A stretch of 32,000 bases of DNA from Cellulosilyticum sp. GTDB taxonomy: Bacteria; Bacillota; Clostridia; Lachnospirales; Cellulosilyticaceae. A program made the translations under genes and the position numbers. Positions 17,845-26,426 of the stretch are shown here, in pieces (positions within the stretch are counted from its first letter, which is position 1; each line of letters opens with the position of its first letter). Below the pieces are notes generated by a model, which had not been told where the DNA came from, did not search any database, and saw only the letters and a list, made by a program, of their open reading frames with translations. The DNA lies in NCBI GenBank assembly GCA_017941635.1, contig JAGAVZ010000107.1, positions 1 to 32,000 of the forward strand. Direction: 5' to 3'.

Positions 17845-19029
17845 TCATTCTATAAATTTAAGATTTCCTTTTGTTGTACCTCTATCAAGACATTCTCCCT
17901 GCTCATTCAATACCTCAATTTGTTCTAACAAACTTCCTATCAAAACAATTTTCATCATCTGCATTGTATGATTATGTACATAAACTTGAACATTGGGAGC
18001 CTTTCCCTCTATGATTCTCATCATCGAAATAATCTCCAAACTTGGGCTTTCTACTCCTATATTTACCGCTGTCTCCTCTTTCATTCCTTCCGTATCTTCT
18101 ATAGTCATCTTATAATAATCCTGATAAACTTCTATTATGACTTTTGTATCCTTATCTGTCATCAAACCGATGTAATCCCCTTCCTCATTGCCAGGACCAT
18201 CTAGTTTATAAGTATCTCCCGATGTCATACCATCGCCTATACAGAGTGTAAATTTCCCATCTAGGTTCTCTTTCTTTTCATTTTTACTTTGTAATAAATT
18301 TTCTTCATCTTCTATAGATTGCTTGCTATTTAAATCTGAATCAAATCGTTTATTTTTAGATTGCGCCCAAGCAAACATACTTTCTGTACGTGGCTCTATT
18401 TGCAAATCAGGTTGATAAATTTCTCCTTTCTGAGTATCATCATTACGCCCATACATGATGATTTCCATAGTCGTTCTTACAATTTGTGAAAAATCGTCTT
18501 GATAGCATGCTAAATAAATTTGATTCTCTTCATTTGTCAAATCTTGAACCGCATTATCCAATATTAAGTGCTCTATTTTTATTAACTGATAGGACTGATT
18601 CAGATTATCCACAAAACTTGCAACCTCTTCAAATGTTGCCACAAAAGTTAATTCATATGTATAACACCAAATATCTCCCTCCATCTCATACCCTACATCT
18701 AATGACCTGCACCCAATCTCTTTAAAGTCATTTAATTCCATATAACGTAATAATTCTACTGTATTTTTAGAAACTGCTGTACAAGAAGGTAATTGATTAC
18801 ACAACATTTGTTTTTGGCTCAGCACGTTCTCTAATTCTTCTTCTATCTGAGAGCGCTCATTAAGATGCTCTTCCGCTTCTTCTCTTCTTATTTCAGCCAA
18901 TTTAATCTCCTTTTGAATTTCCAAGAAGATTGCTTGCTCTCTAAAATAGATTACCATCACATAACCACTTTGTATGATTAAAACCATCATAAGACCTATG
19001 AGACCTATTTTATCTTTTATAAAACTCAC
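17845..19029 (-). CDS. pilO: PilO-like pilus assembly protein with ~200-aa C-terminal extension
   Basis: Position after pilM-pilN. N-terminal TM segment, coiled coil (EIRREEAEEHLNERSQIEEELE), then a PilO-like core (YELTFVATFEEVASFVDNLNQSYQLIKIEHLIL). The GTG start overlaps the pilN stop (GTGA). Confidence 0.65.
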   Translation of the reverse strand: MSFIKDKIGLIGLMMVLIIQSGYVMVIYFREQAIFLEIQKEIKLAEIRREEAEEHLNERSQIEEELENVLSQKQMLCNQLPSCTAVSKNTVELLRYMELNDFKEIGCRSLDVGYEMEGDIWCYTYELTFVATFEEVASFVDNLNQSYQLIKIEHLILDNAVQDLTNEENQIYLACYQDDFSQIVRTTMEIIMYGRNDDTQKGEIYQPDLQIEPRTESMFAWAQSKNKRFDSDLNSKQSIEDEENLLQSKNEKKENLDGKFTLCIGDGMTSGDTYKLDGPGNEEGDYIGLMTDKDTKVIIEVYQDYYKMTIEDTEGMKEETAVNIGVESPSLEIISMMRIIEGKAPNVQVYVHNHTMQMMKIVLIGSLLEQIEVLNEQGECLDRGTTKGNLKFIE

Positions 19030-19634
19030 CCATGATCACTCCCTGATTCTTCCTCTTCTTCCTCGTTAGTTTCTTCTAATATCTCTTCTTGAGGAACACT
19101 AATCTCTATAAAATAGGTGTAGTTTATTTTATCTTGATTCATTTCAAACGTTTCTTTCACTGTACCATAACCAAATATACCTTCTATTATGGTACAATAA
19201 TTCATGATTTGTATGACTTCTTGAGCCGTCCCTTCTAATATAATCATTTGATCTTCTTTTTTAATCTGTAACTTTTTTAAGAAAACACCTTTTGGTACAA
19301 CTGCAAACAGACTATCCAATAACTGCTTACTAATAAACTCTGTTTCTTCAAGCTGCTGATATACATTATTCCATCTATCTACCTCTTCGCACTCTTGCTC
19401 TAATAAATGACCTTTTTCATAGACTTCTTTGAAACAATCATTTGCTAATTGCATTGAAATTTCATCTAAAAGCATACTTGCTCTCTTGATATCTATTTTG
19501 GGTTGTATAACTATCTTTCCTATAAACCATAAGCTTTCCAATACAATCATTCCAAAAATCATTAATTGCCTATGTTTCTTTTTTTGAAGACTTATGTATG
19601 ATTCAGGTAATAAATTAATTTTCTTTTTACCCAC
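19026..19634 (-). CDS. pilN: PilN pilus assembly protein
   Basis: N-terminal KKKINLLPE (the conserved PilM-binding INLLP motif), one TM segment, then a periplasmic-type domain. GTG 19634 has AGGAGG 9 nt upstream (the track uses a GTG at 19658). Acidic tail EETNEEEEEESGSDHG. Confidence 0.75.
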   Translation of the reverse strand: MGKKKINLLPESYISLQKKKHRQLMIFGMIVLESLWFIGKIVIQPKIDIKRASMLLDEISMQLANDCFKEVYEKGHLLEQECEEVDRWNNVYQQLEETEFISKQLLDSLFAVVPKGVFLKKLQIKKEDQMIILEGTAQEVIQIMNYCTIIEGIFGYGTVKETFEMNQDKINYTYFIEISVPQEEILEETNEEEEEESGSDHG

Positions 19635-19647
19635 TATTATTTGCCTC

Positions 19648-20643
19648 CTATAACGCACTTATGCCACCTAGTATATTGACAAAAAATCTTATATTGGTTT
19701 CAAATTGAACCCCTGGTGCAATCATAACCGTTTCAAGTTGATTCATTTTTTCTGTCGGAACATTTAAAGCATCCCGTATATAACTTCTTAATCCTTTGAT
19801 TTCTGCTCCGCCTCCAATTAAATAAATCTTATCCATCTGTCTCATTTGATGCTTGGTATTATAAAATCTTAAAATACTTTCAATAGCTGATAAAATATGA
19901 TACTCCACTTGTGGCAGTATGCCCCTAAGTAAAATTTCTTCTGTTACTTCTTCTTTTGAATAACCTATAGATTCTATCAACTGCCAAGTGTGTGCCATTC
20001 CATAGTCTATGATATGTGTATAAAGCTCCCCATCCTTATCTAACATCGTTAATGCCGTTGAATAGCCACCAATATCCAAAATCATCACCTGATCAAGCTG
20101 ATTTTCCCTTTGCTCTTGCTCCTGCCTTATTATATTTTCTATCCCTTCAGATGCTGCCGTAATCCCAATAAGTTTTAGCTTTAGATTTTTCATTAATTCT
20201 ACAATAGGCAATACTAGCTTATTAGGCGCTGCAACTAAACGTATTTTACTTTTTATATTTTCATCGTCCTTTATTTGAGCAATCACTTTAAAATCCACTT
20301 GATATTCTTTTCTATTAATAGGCAAAAATTCTTCCATCTTGATGGCTAATATCTGGCGTATTATTTTTTCTGACTGGTGATTTACTAAAACATGTCTTAC
20401 AATAACTTCTTTGCTTTGTATAACAACAATCACTTTGTGCGCATGGTATTTTTGCTTTTTTAGCTCATTGGCTATAATCTCTTGTATAGGTCCTATCTTG
20501 CTTATAATTCCATTACAAATACACTGCCCTGGTGTCTCAATCAATGAATATTTTTGTACCATTAATTTTCCTCTATACTTAGAAACCTCTACTATCTTAA
20601 TCATTGCAGTTCCAATTTCTATCCCCAGTATTCTAGTGTTCAT
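19648..20643 (-). CDS. pilM: PilM pilus assembly protein (actin-like ATPase fold)
   Basis: 331 aa. N-terminal ILGIEIGTAMIKIVEV phosphate-1-like motif, plus MILDIGGYST and IYLIGGGAEIKGL motifs typical of PilM/FtsA-like proteins. Confidence 0.85.
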   Translation of the reverse strand: MNTRILGIEIGTAMIKIVEVSKYRGKLMVQKYSLIETPGQCICNGIISKIGPIQEIIANELKKQKYHAHKVIVVIQSKEVIVRHVLVNHQSEKIIRQILAIKMEEFLPINRKEYQVDFKVIAQIKDDENIKSKIRLVAAPNKLVLPIVELMKNLKLKLIGITAASEGIENIIRQEQEQRENQLDQVMILDIGGYSTALTMLDKDGELYTHIIDYGMAHTWQLIESIGYSKEEVTEEILLRGILPQVEYHILSAIESILRFYNTKHQMRQMDKIYLIGGGAEIKGLRSYIRDALNVPTEKMNQLETVMIAPGVQFETNIRFFVNILGGISAL

Positions 20644-20664
20644 TTCTTCATCCCCTTATTTACT

Positions 20665-21246
20665 CTACGTTGTGATATGCCCTTTATAATCTAATGACTC
20701 AGAAAAAACTTTTTTATAGATTAATCTAGAATTTGTTTCCCCTTCCTTGTGAAGTGTGCATTCAAAAGTTACAATATTAGAATTTGCATAACTTGTTACT
20801 TTTATAGTTTCAACTTGGTCTGAAATAACCTTATGCCCACCTTTTCCCTCTACTTTATAGATTAAATTATGTTTTCCTTTTGCCTCTGTTGCTCTAACAT
20901 TATTAGATATTTCAACACAACACACTTCATCATTTGATGTTTCTTTTTTATTTGTTGCCCTAATAAACTCCATCTTCACCAATTCACCCGATATAACATC
21001 CTCCTTATGTGATGATTCAATAATAGCTCCCTCTGTAATGATTCGTAGTTGTGTGGCATTTCGTATACTTTCATGTAAAAAGGCTTCTATATTGTCACTC
21101 TCATTCATTAATTCAATTTGCTCATGCAGTATTTTACTATTATTGGATACATGCACATAATACGTTCCTACCCACTCTATAAAAATAGCAAATAATATGA
21201 AACACAAGCACATTTCTAGTAATGTAAACCCATTAGCTTTTTTCAT
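20665..21246 (-). CDS. Prepilin-type minor pilin (193 aa)
   Basis: Class III signal MKKANG|FTLLEMCLCFILFAIF with Glu at +5. Confidence 0.8.
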   Translation of the reverse strand: MKKANGFTLLEMCLCFILFAIFIEWVGTYYVHVSNNSKILHEQIELMNESDNIEAFLHESIRNATQLRIITEGAIIESSHKEDVISGELVKMEFIRATNKKETSNDEVCCVEISNNVRATEAKGKHNLIYKVEGKGGHKVISDQVETIKVTSYANSNIVTFECTLHKEGETNSRLIYKKVFSESLDYKGHITT

Positions 21247-21327
21247 ATTCCCCTACTCAACAATCTCTTTTATATTTTGATTCTATCTTTTTCCTATTTA
21301 TGAGCCATCCTATATTTGAATCTATTT

Positions 21328-22158
21328 TTAGTAAAAGTTTCTCAAATACCAAATCATAATTGGTTCTCCCCAAAATATAACTATCCCAGCTCCAATACTT
21401 AAAAATGGTCCTAGGGGATAGCTTTCACTCTTTCCTCTCCTGATCAATAAAATCACACCATATATCCCACCCAAAATGCCTGCAATTAGCAAAATAAGTG
21501 ATATATACTCTATTCCTACAAAAAATCCTATCAATCCCATCAGTCTTACATCACCATAACCTAATGCTTCTTTTTTTAATACCCACTTACTTACATAATA
21601 CAGAAACATAAACAGGTTATATCCAATTATCCCTTCAATGGCTGCTTGCCATAATCCAATCCATTGATTAGTCATCACTGCTTGTAAAAAATATAAAATG
21701 ATTCCACCCCCTAATCCAGTATAGATTACAGCAGTTGGTAATAGCATATACTGCCAATCTACTACCGCTAATATAATTAAACAAGCCAGCAAAACGCTTA
21801 CCATTAATGCTTTTATAGTAAAGCCATACAAATAATAAACGCCTCCAAAACATAGCCCTGTTATAATTTCAATCCATATAGACCTTAAGGGAATATGACT
21901 ATGACAATGTTTACACCGTCCTCTTAATCCCAAATAACTTACAACTGGAATTAATTCTAGTACACCTAACGTATGACCACACTTCATGCAATGCGATCTA
22001 GGAAAAATAATGCTTTGACCTACTGGTATACGATCAATGCATACATTGAGAAAACTTCCAATAACTACTCCTAGCCACACTACACCAATCATTTGTAGCA
22101 TAACCTCCATTCTCCTTCTCTTAACAAGTTTTTCTTTTAGCCAAATTCTTCTATCCAT
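21328..22158 (-). CDS. pilD: Prepilin peptidase / N-methyltransferase (A24 family)
   Basis: GSFLNVCIDRIP, zinc-knuckle CMKCGH...GRCKHCHSHI, and polytopic membrane with GYGDVRLMG and PLGPFL motifs. The true start is probably internal (MLQM.. at 22101, or MEV.. at 22110), because the ATG at 22158 has no SD. Confidence 0.9.
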   Translation of the reverse strand: MDRRIWLKEKLVKRRRMEVMLQMIGVVWLGVVIGSFLNVCIDRIPVGQSIIFPRSHCMKCGHTLGVLELIPVVSYLGLRGRCKHCHSHIPLRSIWIEIITGLCFGGVYYLYGFTIKALMVSVLLACLIILAVVDWQYMLLPTAVIYTGLGGGIILYFLQAVMTNQWIGLWQAAIEGIIGYNLFMFLYYVSKWVLKKEALGYGDVRLMGLIGFFVGIEYISLILLIAGILGGIYGVILLIRRGKSESYPLGPFLSIGAGIVIFWGEPIMIWYLRNFY

Positions 22159-22172
22159 CGCAACATGCTTAT

Positions 22173-22628
22173 TTATGTGGTTGAATCTTCTGCCCTACTC
22201 TTTGTTCCTTTTGGCACACCATTACACCAATCTGTTTGTGTCGTAGAATCTAATTGATTATAGGCTTTTTCATACACATTTTTATCTAATGCCTGTGTAT
22301 CAAGTTTAATCATACCTTCTGTATACTGCGTAATAATATTTCCATCTGTTTGTAAACTCACCTGCGAATCCAAATAGCCTGCTTTTTTTAATTCTTTAAT
22401 CAAGTCATCAAATGTTTCACTACTTGGATTTCTTCCCTTTTCAGCCCTATAGGAATCTACGGTTCTTTTAAGTGTCTTTATTGTTGAAATATCCGTTGTA
22501 AGTCTCGCCTTAGCTGATATAGTTCCATAGGAAGGTACTAATAATGCCCCTATAATCCCCATAATGGCAACTACTATAATTAACTCAATAATTGTAAATC
22601 CTTTTTCATTGTCTCTTATCTTGCTCAT
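22173..22628 (-). CDS. pilA: Major type IV pilin
   Basis: MSKIRDNEKG|FTIIELIIVVAIMGIIGALLVP is a canonical short leader with Gly-1, Phe+1 and Glu+5. Position after pilC. Start chosen for GAAGGA 9 nt upstream (the track ORF extends to 22661). Confidence 0.85.
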   Translation of the reverse strand: MSKIRDNEKGFTIIELIIVVAIMGIIGALLVPSYGTISAKARLTTDISTIKTLKRTVDSYRAEKGRNPSSETFDDLIKELKKAGYLDSQVSLQTDGNIITQYTEGMIKLDTQALDKNVYEKAYNQLDSTTQTDWCNGVPKGTKSRAEDSTT

Positions 22629-22661
22629 AAGCTTCATTCCTTCATTATTTGAATACCCCAT

Positions 22662-23867
22662 CTACATTGCCGCCATAGCTGCTGAGAATGTTGGTAACAT
22701 AATCGCTGCCATAATGCCTCCTATAATCATTGCTACAATCACAATCATTATAGGCTCTATAAGCATCGTAAGGTTGTCTACTATACGCTCTACCTCGCCC
22801 TTAAAATAAATACCCATATGATTTAGCACTTCATCTAAAGTCCCACTCTCTTCTCCTATTCCAATCATATTTAACAAAATAGATGAAAAAATCATACTCT
22901 TGCTCAGTGCATCCATCAAGCTTTCTCCTTGTCTAATACACGCTATTGCTTCTTCCATTTCTTTTTTAGCTACTGCATTTCCTAAAACACTCTTTGTCAT
23001 CTCCATCGCCTGAATCATAGAAATACCTGATTGAATCAACATAGACATTGTACTTGAAAAAGTAGCTGATAAACTTTGTTTGATCACTTTTCCCACCAAA
23101 GGTGTCTTAATTTTCATTCGATCAACTATCCAATGTATAGGCGGTCTGCTTTTTATCTTCAAAAATGTAAAAACACTTCCTACTATGACCAGAAATAATA
23201 CTCCGCCATATTCTATTAAAAAATTGCTTATCTGGATGACCACCTTAGTTGCTAATGGTAATGACGCTCCTGTTTCATTTAAAAGTCCTATATAAACAGG
23301 TACAACTTTTACCATCAGAATTATAACAACCACCAAAACAAAAGCCATTACCACTGTAGGATAAAATAATGCTTTTTTTACCTTTTTTTGAATTTCTAGT
23401 TGATAACCTAAATGTTCTATTGCATGGTTTATTACCTCATCTAATTTACCTGAACTTTCGCCACATGCAATAAGATTAACTAATAAATCAGGGAAAACCT
23501 TTTGCGCTTTCATTGCTTCTGATAATGTTTTACCACTACTTACTTCTTGACTGATCCTATCTAAGTATTTTTTTAACATCTTATAAGGTATTTGTTCTTT
23601 ACAAATTTCTAAGGCTTTGGGCACACTAATCCCTGCTTGTATTAATGCAATCAATTGCTTACAAAAGAAATGGATTTGTTTTATTTCTACTTTAGGTTTG
23701 AATAATATGATTTCTTGATCTAAAATCCTCTTTTCTCTAATTTTTTTGGGATACAAATTTTTTTCTGCAAGTGCCTGCCAAACCCCTTCTTCACTTTCGC
23801 TTTCCATTTCTCCTTTAATTTTCTTCTGAGTCAATATTTCTATAGCTGAATATAAATAGACACTCAT
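22662..23867 (-). CDS. pilC: Type IV pilus platform protein PilC (GspF family)
   Basis: 401 aa with two GspF-type repeats (..GESSGKLDEV.. and ..GEESGTLDEVL..) and three TM segments. Confidence 0.92.
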   Translation of the reverse strand: MSVYLYSAIEILTQKKIKGEMESESEEGVWQALAEKNLYPKKIREKRILDQEIILFKPKVEIKQIHFFCKQLIALIQAGISVPKALEICKEQIPYKMLKKYLDRISQEVSSGKTLSEAMKAQKVFPDLLVNLIACGESSGKLDEVINHAIEHLGYQLEIQKKVKKALFYPTVVMAFVLVVVIILMVKVVPVYIGLLNETGASLPLATKVVIQISNFLIEYGGVLFLVIVGSVFTFLKIKSRPPIHWIVDRMKIKTPLVGKVIKQSLSATFSSTMSMLIQSGISMIQAMEMTKSVLGNAVAKKEMEEAIACIRQGESLMDALSKSMIFSSILLNMIGIGEESGTLDEVLNHMGIYFKGEVERIVDNLTMLIEPIMIVIVAMIIGGIMAAIMLPTFSAAMAAM

Positions 23868-23893
23868 GCCTTCCCCCTATACTTCTAACCAAA

Positions 23894-25564
23894 TCATTGC
23901 TCATAAGTAATCTTAAATATTTCTGTCATTGTTGTTTGTCCGCTTAGTACACTTTCTATGCCATTATCCCATAAAGTACGCATCCCTTTTTTAATAGCTT
24001 TTTCTTTTATAGTTTCATTGGATTGCCTTCCTGTGGCAATGACTTCTTGCAACTCATTGTCAACCTCAAGCACTTCATGTACTGCCATTCTTCCTTTGTA
24101 ACCTGTATGATTGCAACTGGCACATCCTTTTGCCTCATAAATTTTGGTTCCTACAGGTATTTTATATAACGATGCTTCTTGTTTTGTAACAATATGCGGT
24201 TTCCTACATGCCTGACACAAGCACCTAACAAGCCTCTGTGAAATCACACCCTTGATTGCTGCACCTACCATATAAGGTTCTGAACCCATATCCATTAATC
24301 GCGGAATAGAACTTACTGCATCATTGGTATGAAGTGTACTTAAAACAAGATGTCCTGTAATTGCTGCACGCATGGCAATGGTACTTGTTTCACTATCTCT
24401 CATTTCACCAATCATAATAATGTCTGGATCTTGTCTTAAAATAGAACGTAATACATTTGCAAAGGTTAAACCAATTTTAGAATGAGTCGCTACTTGATTA
24501 ATACCTTCTATTCTATTTTCTACAGGGTCTTCAACTGTAATAATATTAACATAATCACGATTTAACACCTTTAAAAGAGCTGCTAAAGTAGTTGACTTTC
24601 CACTTCCTGTTGGACCTGTAAGCAAAATAATACCATGAGGACTTTTTAGCATATTCATTACTTTTTGATAATCACTTGGATAAAAACCTATATGCTCTAA
24701 ATCTATCTCCTCACCTGTTTTATACATAAAACGAATGACTGTCTTTTCTCCATAAATTGTTGGCAAAATACTAATACGCATATCTACTTGCTGATCTGCT
24801 ATCCTTTTAGATATACGTCCATCTTGTGGTAATCTCTTCTCTGCAATATTTAATCCAGATAAGATTTTGAGCCGTGTTGTTAATCTTCCTAACAGCTCTT
24901 TAGGTGGTCTTGCTAACACATATAACTGACCATCTATTCTATACCGAATACGTATATCCTTTTCAAACGGCTCAATATGAACATCCGAAGCATGCTTTAA
25001 AATGCAACGTTGTAAAATATTATTCACAAACTGAATAACTGGCTTGTCTTCTGTATCTTCTATTCCTTCTTCTTCATAGACTACTTGCTTTTGTTCTGCT
25101 TGTAACTGCCGCTCTACTTGTCCCATAATATTATTGGTTTGTGTTGAGACATAAGTTTGATTCATTAATTTACAAATACTCTTCTCTGATGCAATCCTAG
25201 GGAGCATTTCACACTTTGTACTACGCTCAATATCATCTCTAGCGATCATATCCATCGGATTTTTCATTGCAACTATTAATTTCCCTGCCTCTATGCCTAC
25301 TACACTAGCTATATAACGTCTTGCAATATGTTCAGGCAAAATTGCTGCTTGATTCATGTCAACATTGTATTGTTCAAGATTCATATAAGGTATCCCTAAC
25401 TGAAATTCTAATGCTCCTAAAAGTATCTCTTCCGTTATAATACCTTTTTCCACCAGTATTTCTCCTAGCCGCTTTTGTGTCTTAAGCTGTTCTTCCAGTC
25501 CCATATCAAGCTGATTTCTAGTAAGATATCCTGCTTCATATAACAATTCGCCAATTTTTTTCAT
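23894..25564 (-). CDS. pilB: Type IV pilus assembly ATPase PilB (GspE family) with MshEN-type N-domain
   Basis: Walker A GPTGSGKST, Asp/His boxes, and a C-terminal CLCQAC...GCASCNHTGYKGR tetracysteine. ATG 25564 has GAGGA 11 nt upstream (the track starts at a TTG at 25582). Confidence 0.95.
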   Translation of the reverse strand: MKKIGELLYEAGYLTRNQLDMGLEEQLKTQKRLGEILVEKGIITEEILLGALEFQLGIPYMNLEQYNVDMNQAAILPEHIARRYIASVVGIEAGKLIVAMKNPMDMIARDDIERSTKCEMLPRIASEKSICKLMNQTYVSTQTNNIMGQVERQLQAEQKQVVYEEEGIEDTEDKPVIQFVNNILQRCILKHASDVHIEPFEKDIRIRYRIDGQLYVLARPPKELLGRLTTRLKILSGLNIAEKRLPQDGRISKRIADQQVDMRISILPTIYGEKTVIRFMYKTGEEIDLEHIGFYPSDYQKVMNMLKSPHGIILLTGPTGSGKSTTLAALLKVLNRDYVNIITVEDPVENRIEGINQVATHSKIGLTFANVLRSILRQDPDIIMIGEMRDSETSTIAMRAAITGHLVLSTLHTNDAVSSIPRLMDMGSEPYMVGAAIKGVISQRLVRCLCQACRKPHIVTKQEASLYKIPVGTKIYEAKGCASCNHTGYKGRMAVHEVLEVDNELQEVIATGRQSNETIKEKAIKKGMRTLWDNGIESVLSGQTTMTEIFKITYEQ

Positions 25565-25646
25565 CTGATTATCAATCCTCAAATTAAATACTCTCTCTTA
25601 TATCGGATGTCTACTTTCATATGTTATTATTGACTTAATTTTCTAA

Positions 25647-25676
25647 ATTATACCACTTAATCCAACTATATATCAA
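25647..25676 (-). promoter_or_regulatory. Putative sigma-A promoter of the pil operon
   Basis: Minus strand: TTGATA (25676..25671), 18-nt spacer, TGgTATAAT extended -10 (25655..25647). About 80 nt upstream of the pilB ATG. Confidence 0.4.
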
Positions 25677-25819
25677 TAAAATATTACACTATTTCAAATT
25701 TATGTAAGTTATATCTTCTTTTCAAACCTACTTATTTAGTATTCTTTTATTTTTTACGTTATCTCTTTTATATCTTTAGCATTAGCTATTTCTTAGATCT
25801 TTAGTAAATCTGCAAATCA

Positions 25820-25946
25820 AAACCACCAGTGAACTGGTGGTTTGAACTCCCCCTAGAAGGGGGTAATACTTGCCGATTCCCTAAAAGGGAATATTGAAAT
25901 TTGGCATGGCATCATTATCACAGACAACCACTTAAAGTGGTTGTCT
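25820..25946. repeat. Four consecutive, sequence-unrelated perfect hairpins in the tnpA 3' region
   Basis: A: 25820..25843 (10 bp, AAACCACCAG/CTGGTGGTTT). B: 25849..25863 (5-6 bp, CCCCC/GGGGG). C: 25876..25892 (7 bp, ATTCCCT/AGGGAAT). D: 25922..25946 (11 bp, AGACAACCACT/AGTGGTTGTCT). Loops are 3-5 nt. Confidence 0.85.
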
Positions 25947-25957
25947 AATTTTTTGCC

Positions 25958-26425
25958 CTATTCTCTCTTGGTACCCGTAAACGGGTCTATGTATTCCTTT
26001 AATGAAATTTGATCTGACATATAGTCTTCTTCTAACTGATTTTGTATGTATTCTCTTATCATTTTCTCATTCTTTCCTACTGTATCAGCATAATACCCCC
26101 TTGCCCAAAAACTTCTTTTTCCATATTTATATTTTAAATTTGCATGTCTATCAAATATCATTAATGCACTCTTGCTCTTGATAAACCCCATAAACTGTGC
26201 TACGCTTAAATAAGGTGGAATACTTACTAACATGTGGATGTGATCTGGACATGCTTCAGCTTCTATTAATTCCACTTTCTTTTCATTACATAATTTGCGT
26301 AGTATTTGACCTATATCAGCTCTTAATTCATTATAAATAACTTTTCTCCTATATTTTGGAGCAAATACAATATGATACTGACATCTATATGTTGAATGAG
26401 CTGTTGTTTTTATTTCGTTTTTCAT
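25958..26425 (-). CDS. tnpA: IS200/IS605-family Y1 (HUH) transposase TnpA
   Basis: 155 aa with YHIVFAPKYRR, the HUH motif PDHIHMLVSIPP, and the catalytic-Tyr region FWARGYYADTVG. Confidence 0.93.
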   Translation of the reverse strand: MKNEIKTTAHSTYRCQYHIVFAPKYRRKVIYNELRADIGQILRKLCNEKKVELIEAEACPDHIHMLVSIPPYLSVAQFMGFIKSKSALMIFDRHANLKYKYGKRSFWARGYYADTVGKNEKMIREYIQNQLEEDYMSDQISLKEYIDPFTGTKRE

Positions 26426-26426
26426 G

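Noticed and set aside
21668-21853. 61-aa minus-strand ORF in an alternative frame of pilD (and likewise 27834..28034 inside the NifU-like gene)
   Set aside because: Both are nested out of frame in genes whose main frames carry clear family motifs. Neither has an SD or a recognisable motif.
25583-25815. Possible c-di-GMP riboswitch upstream of the pil operon (as upstream of C. difficile pilA1)
   Set aside because: The region is uniformly AT-rich, with none of the GC-rich conserved helices or core expected of c-di-GMP-I or c-di-GMP-II aptamers. A covariance-model scan would be the definitive check.
25820-25946. Hairpin cluster as a CRISPR array or other repeat array
   Set aside because: The four palindromes differ in sequence and length and are not separated by regular spacers. 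They sit in the 3' end of an IS200 element, which explains at least part of them.
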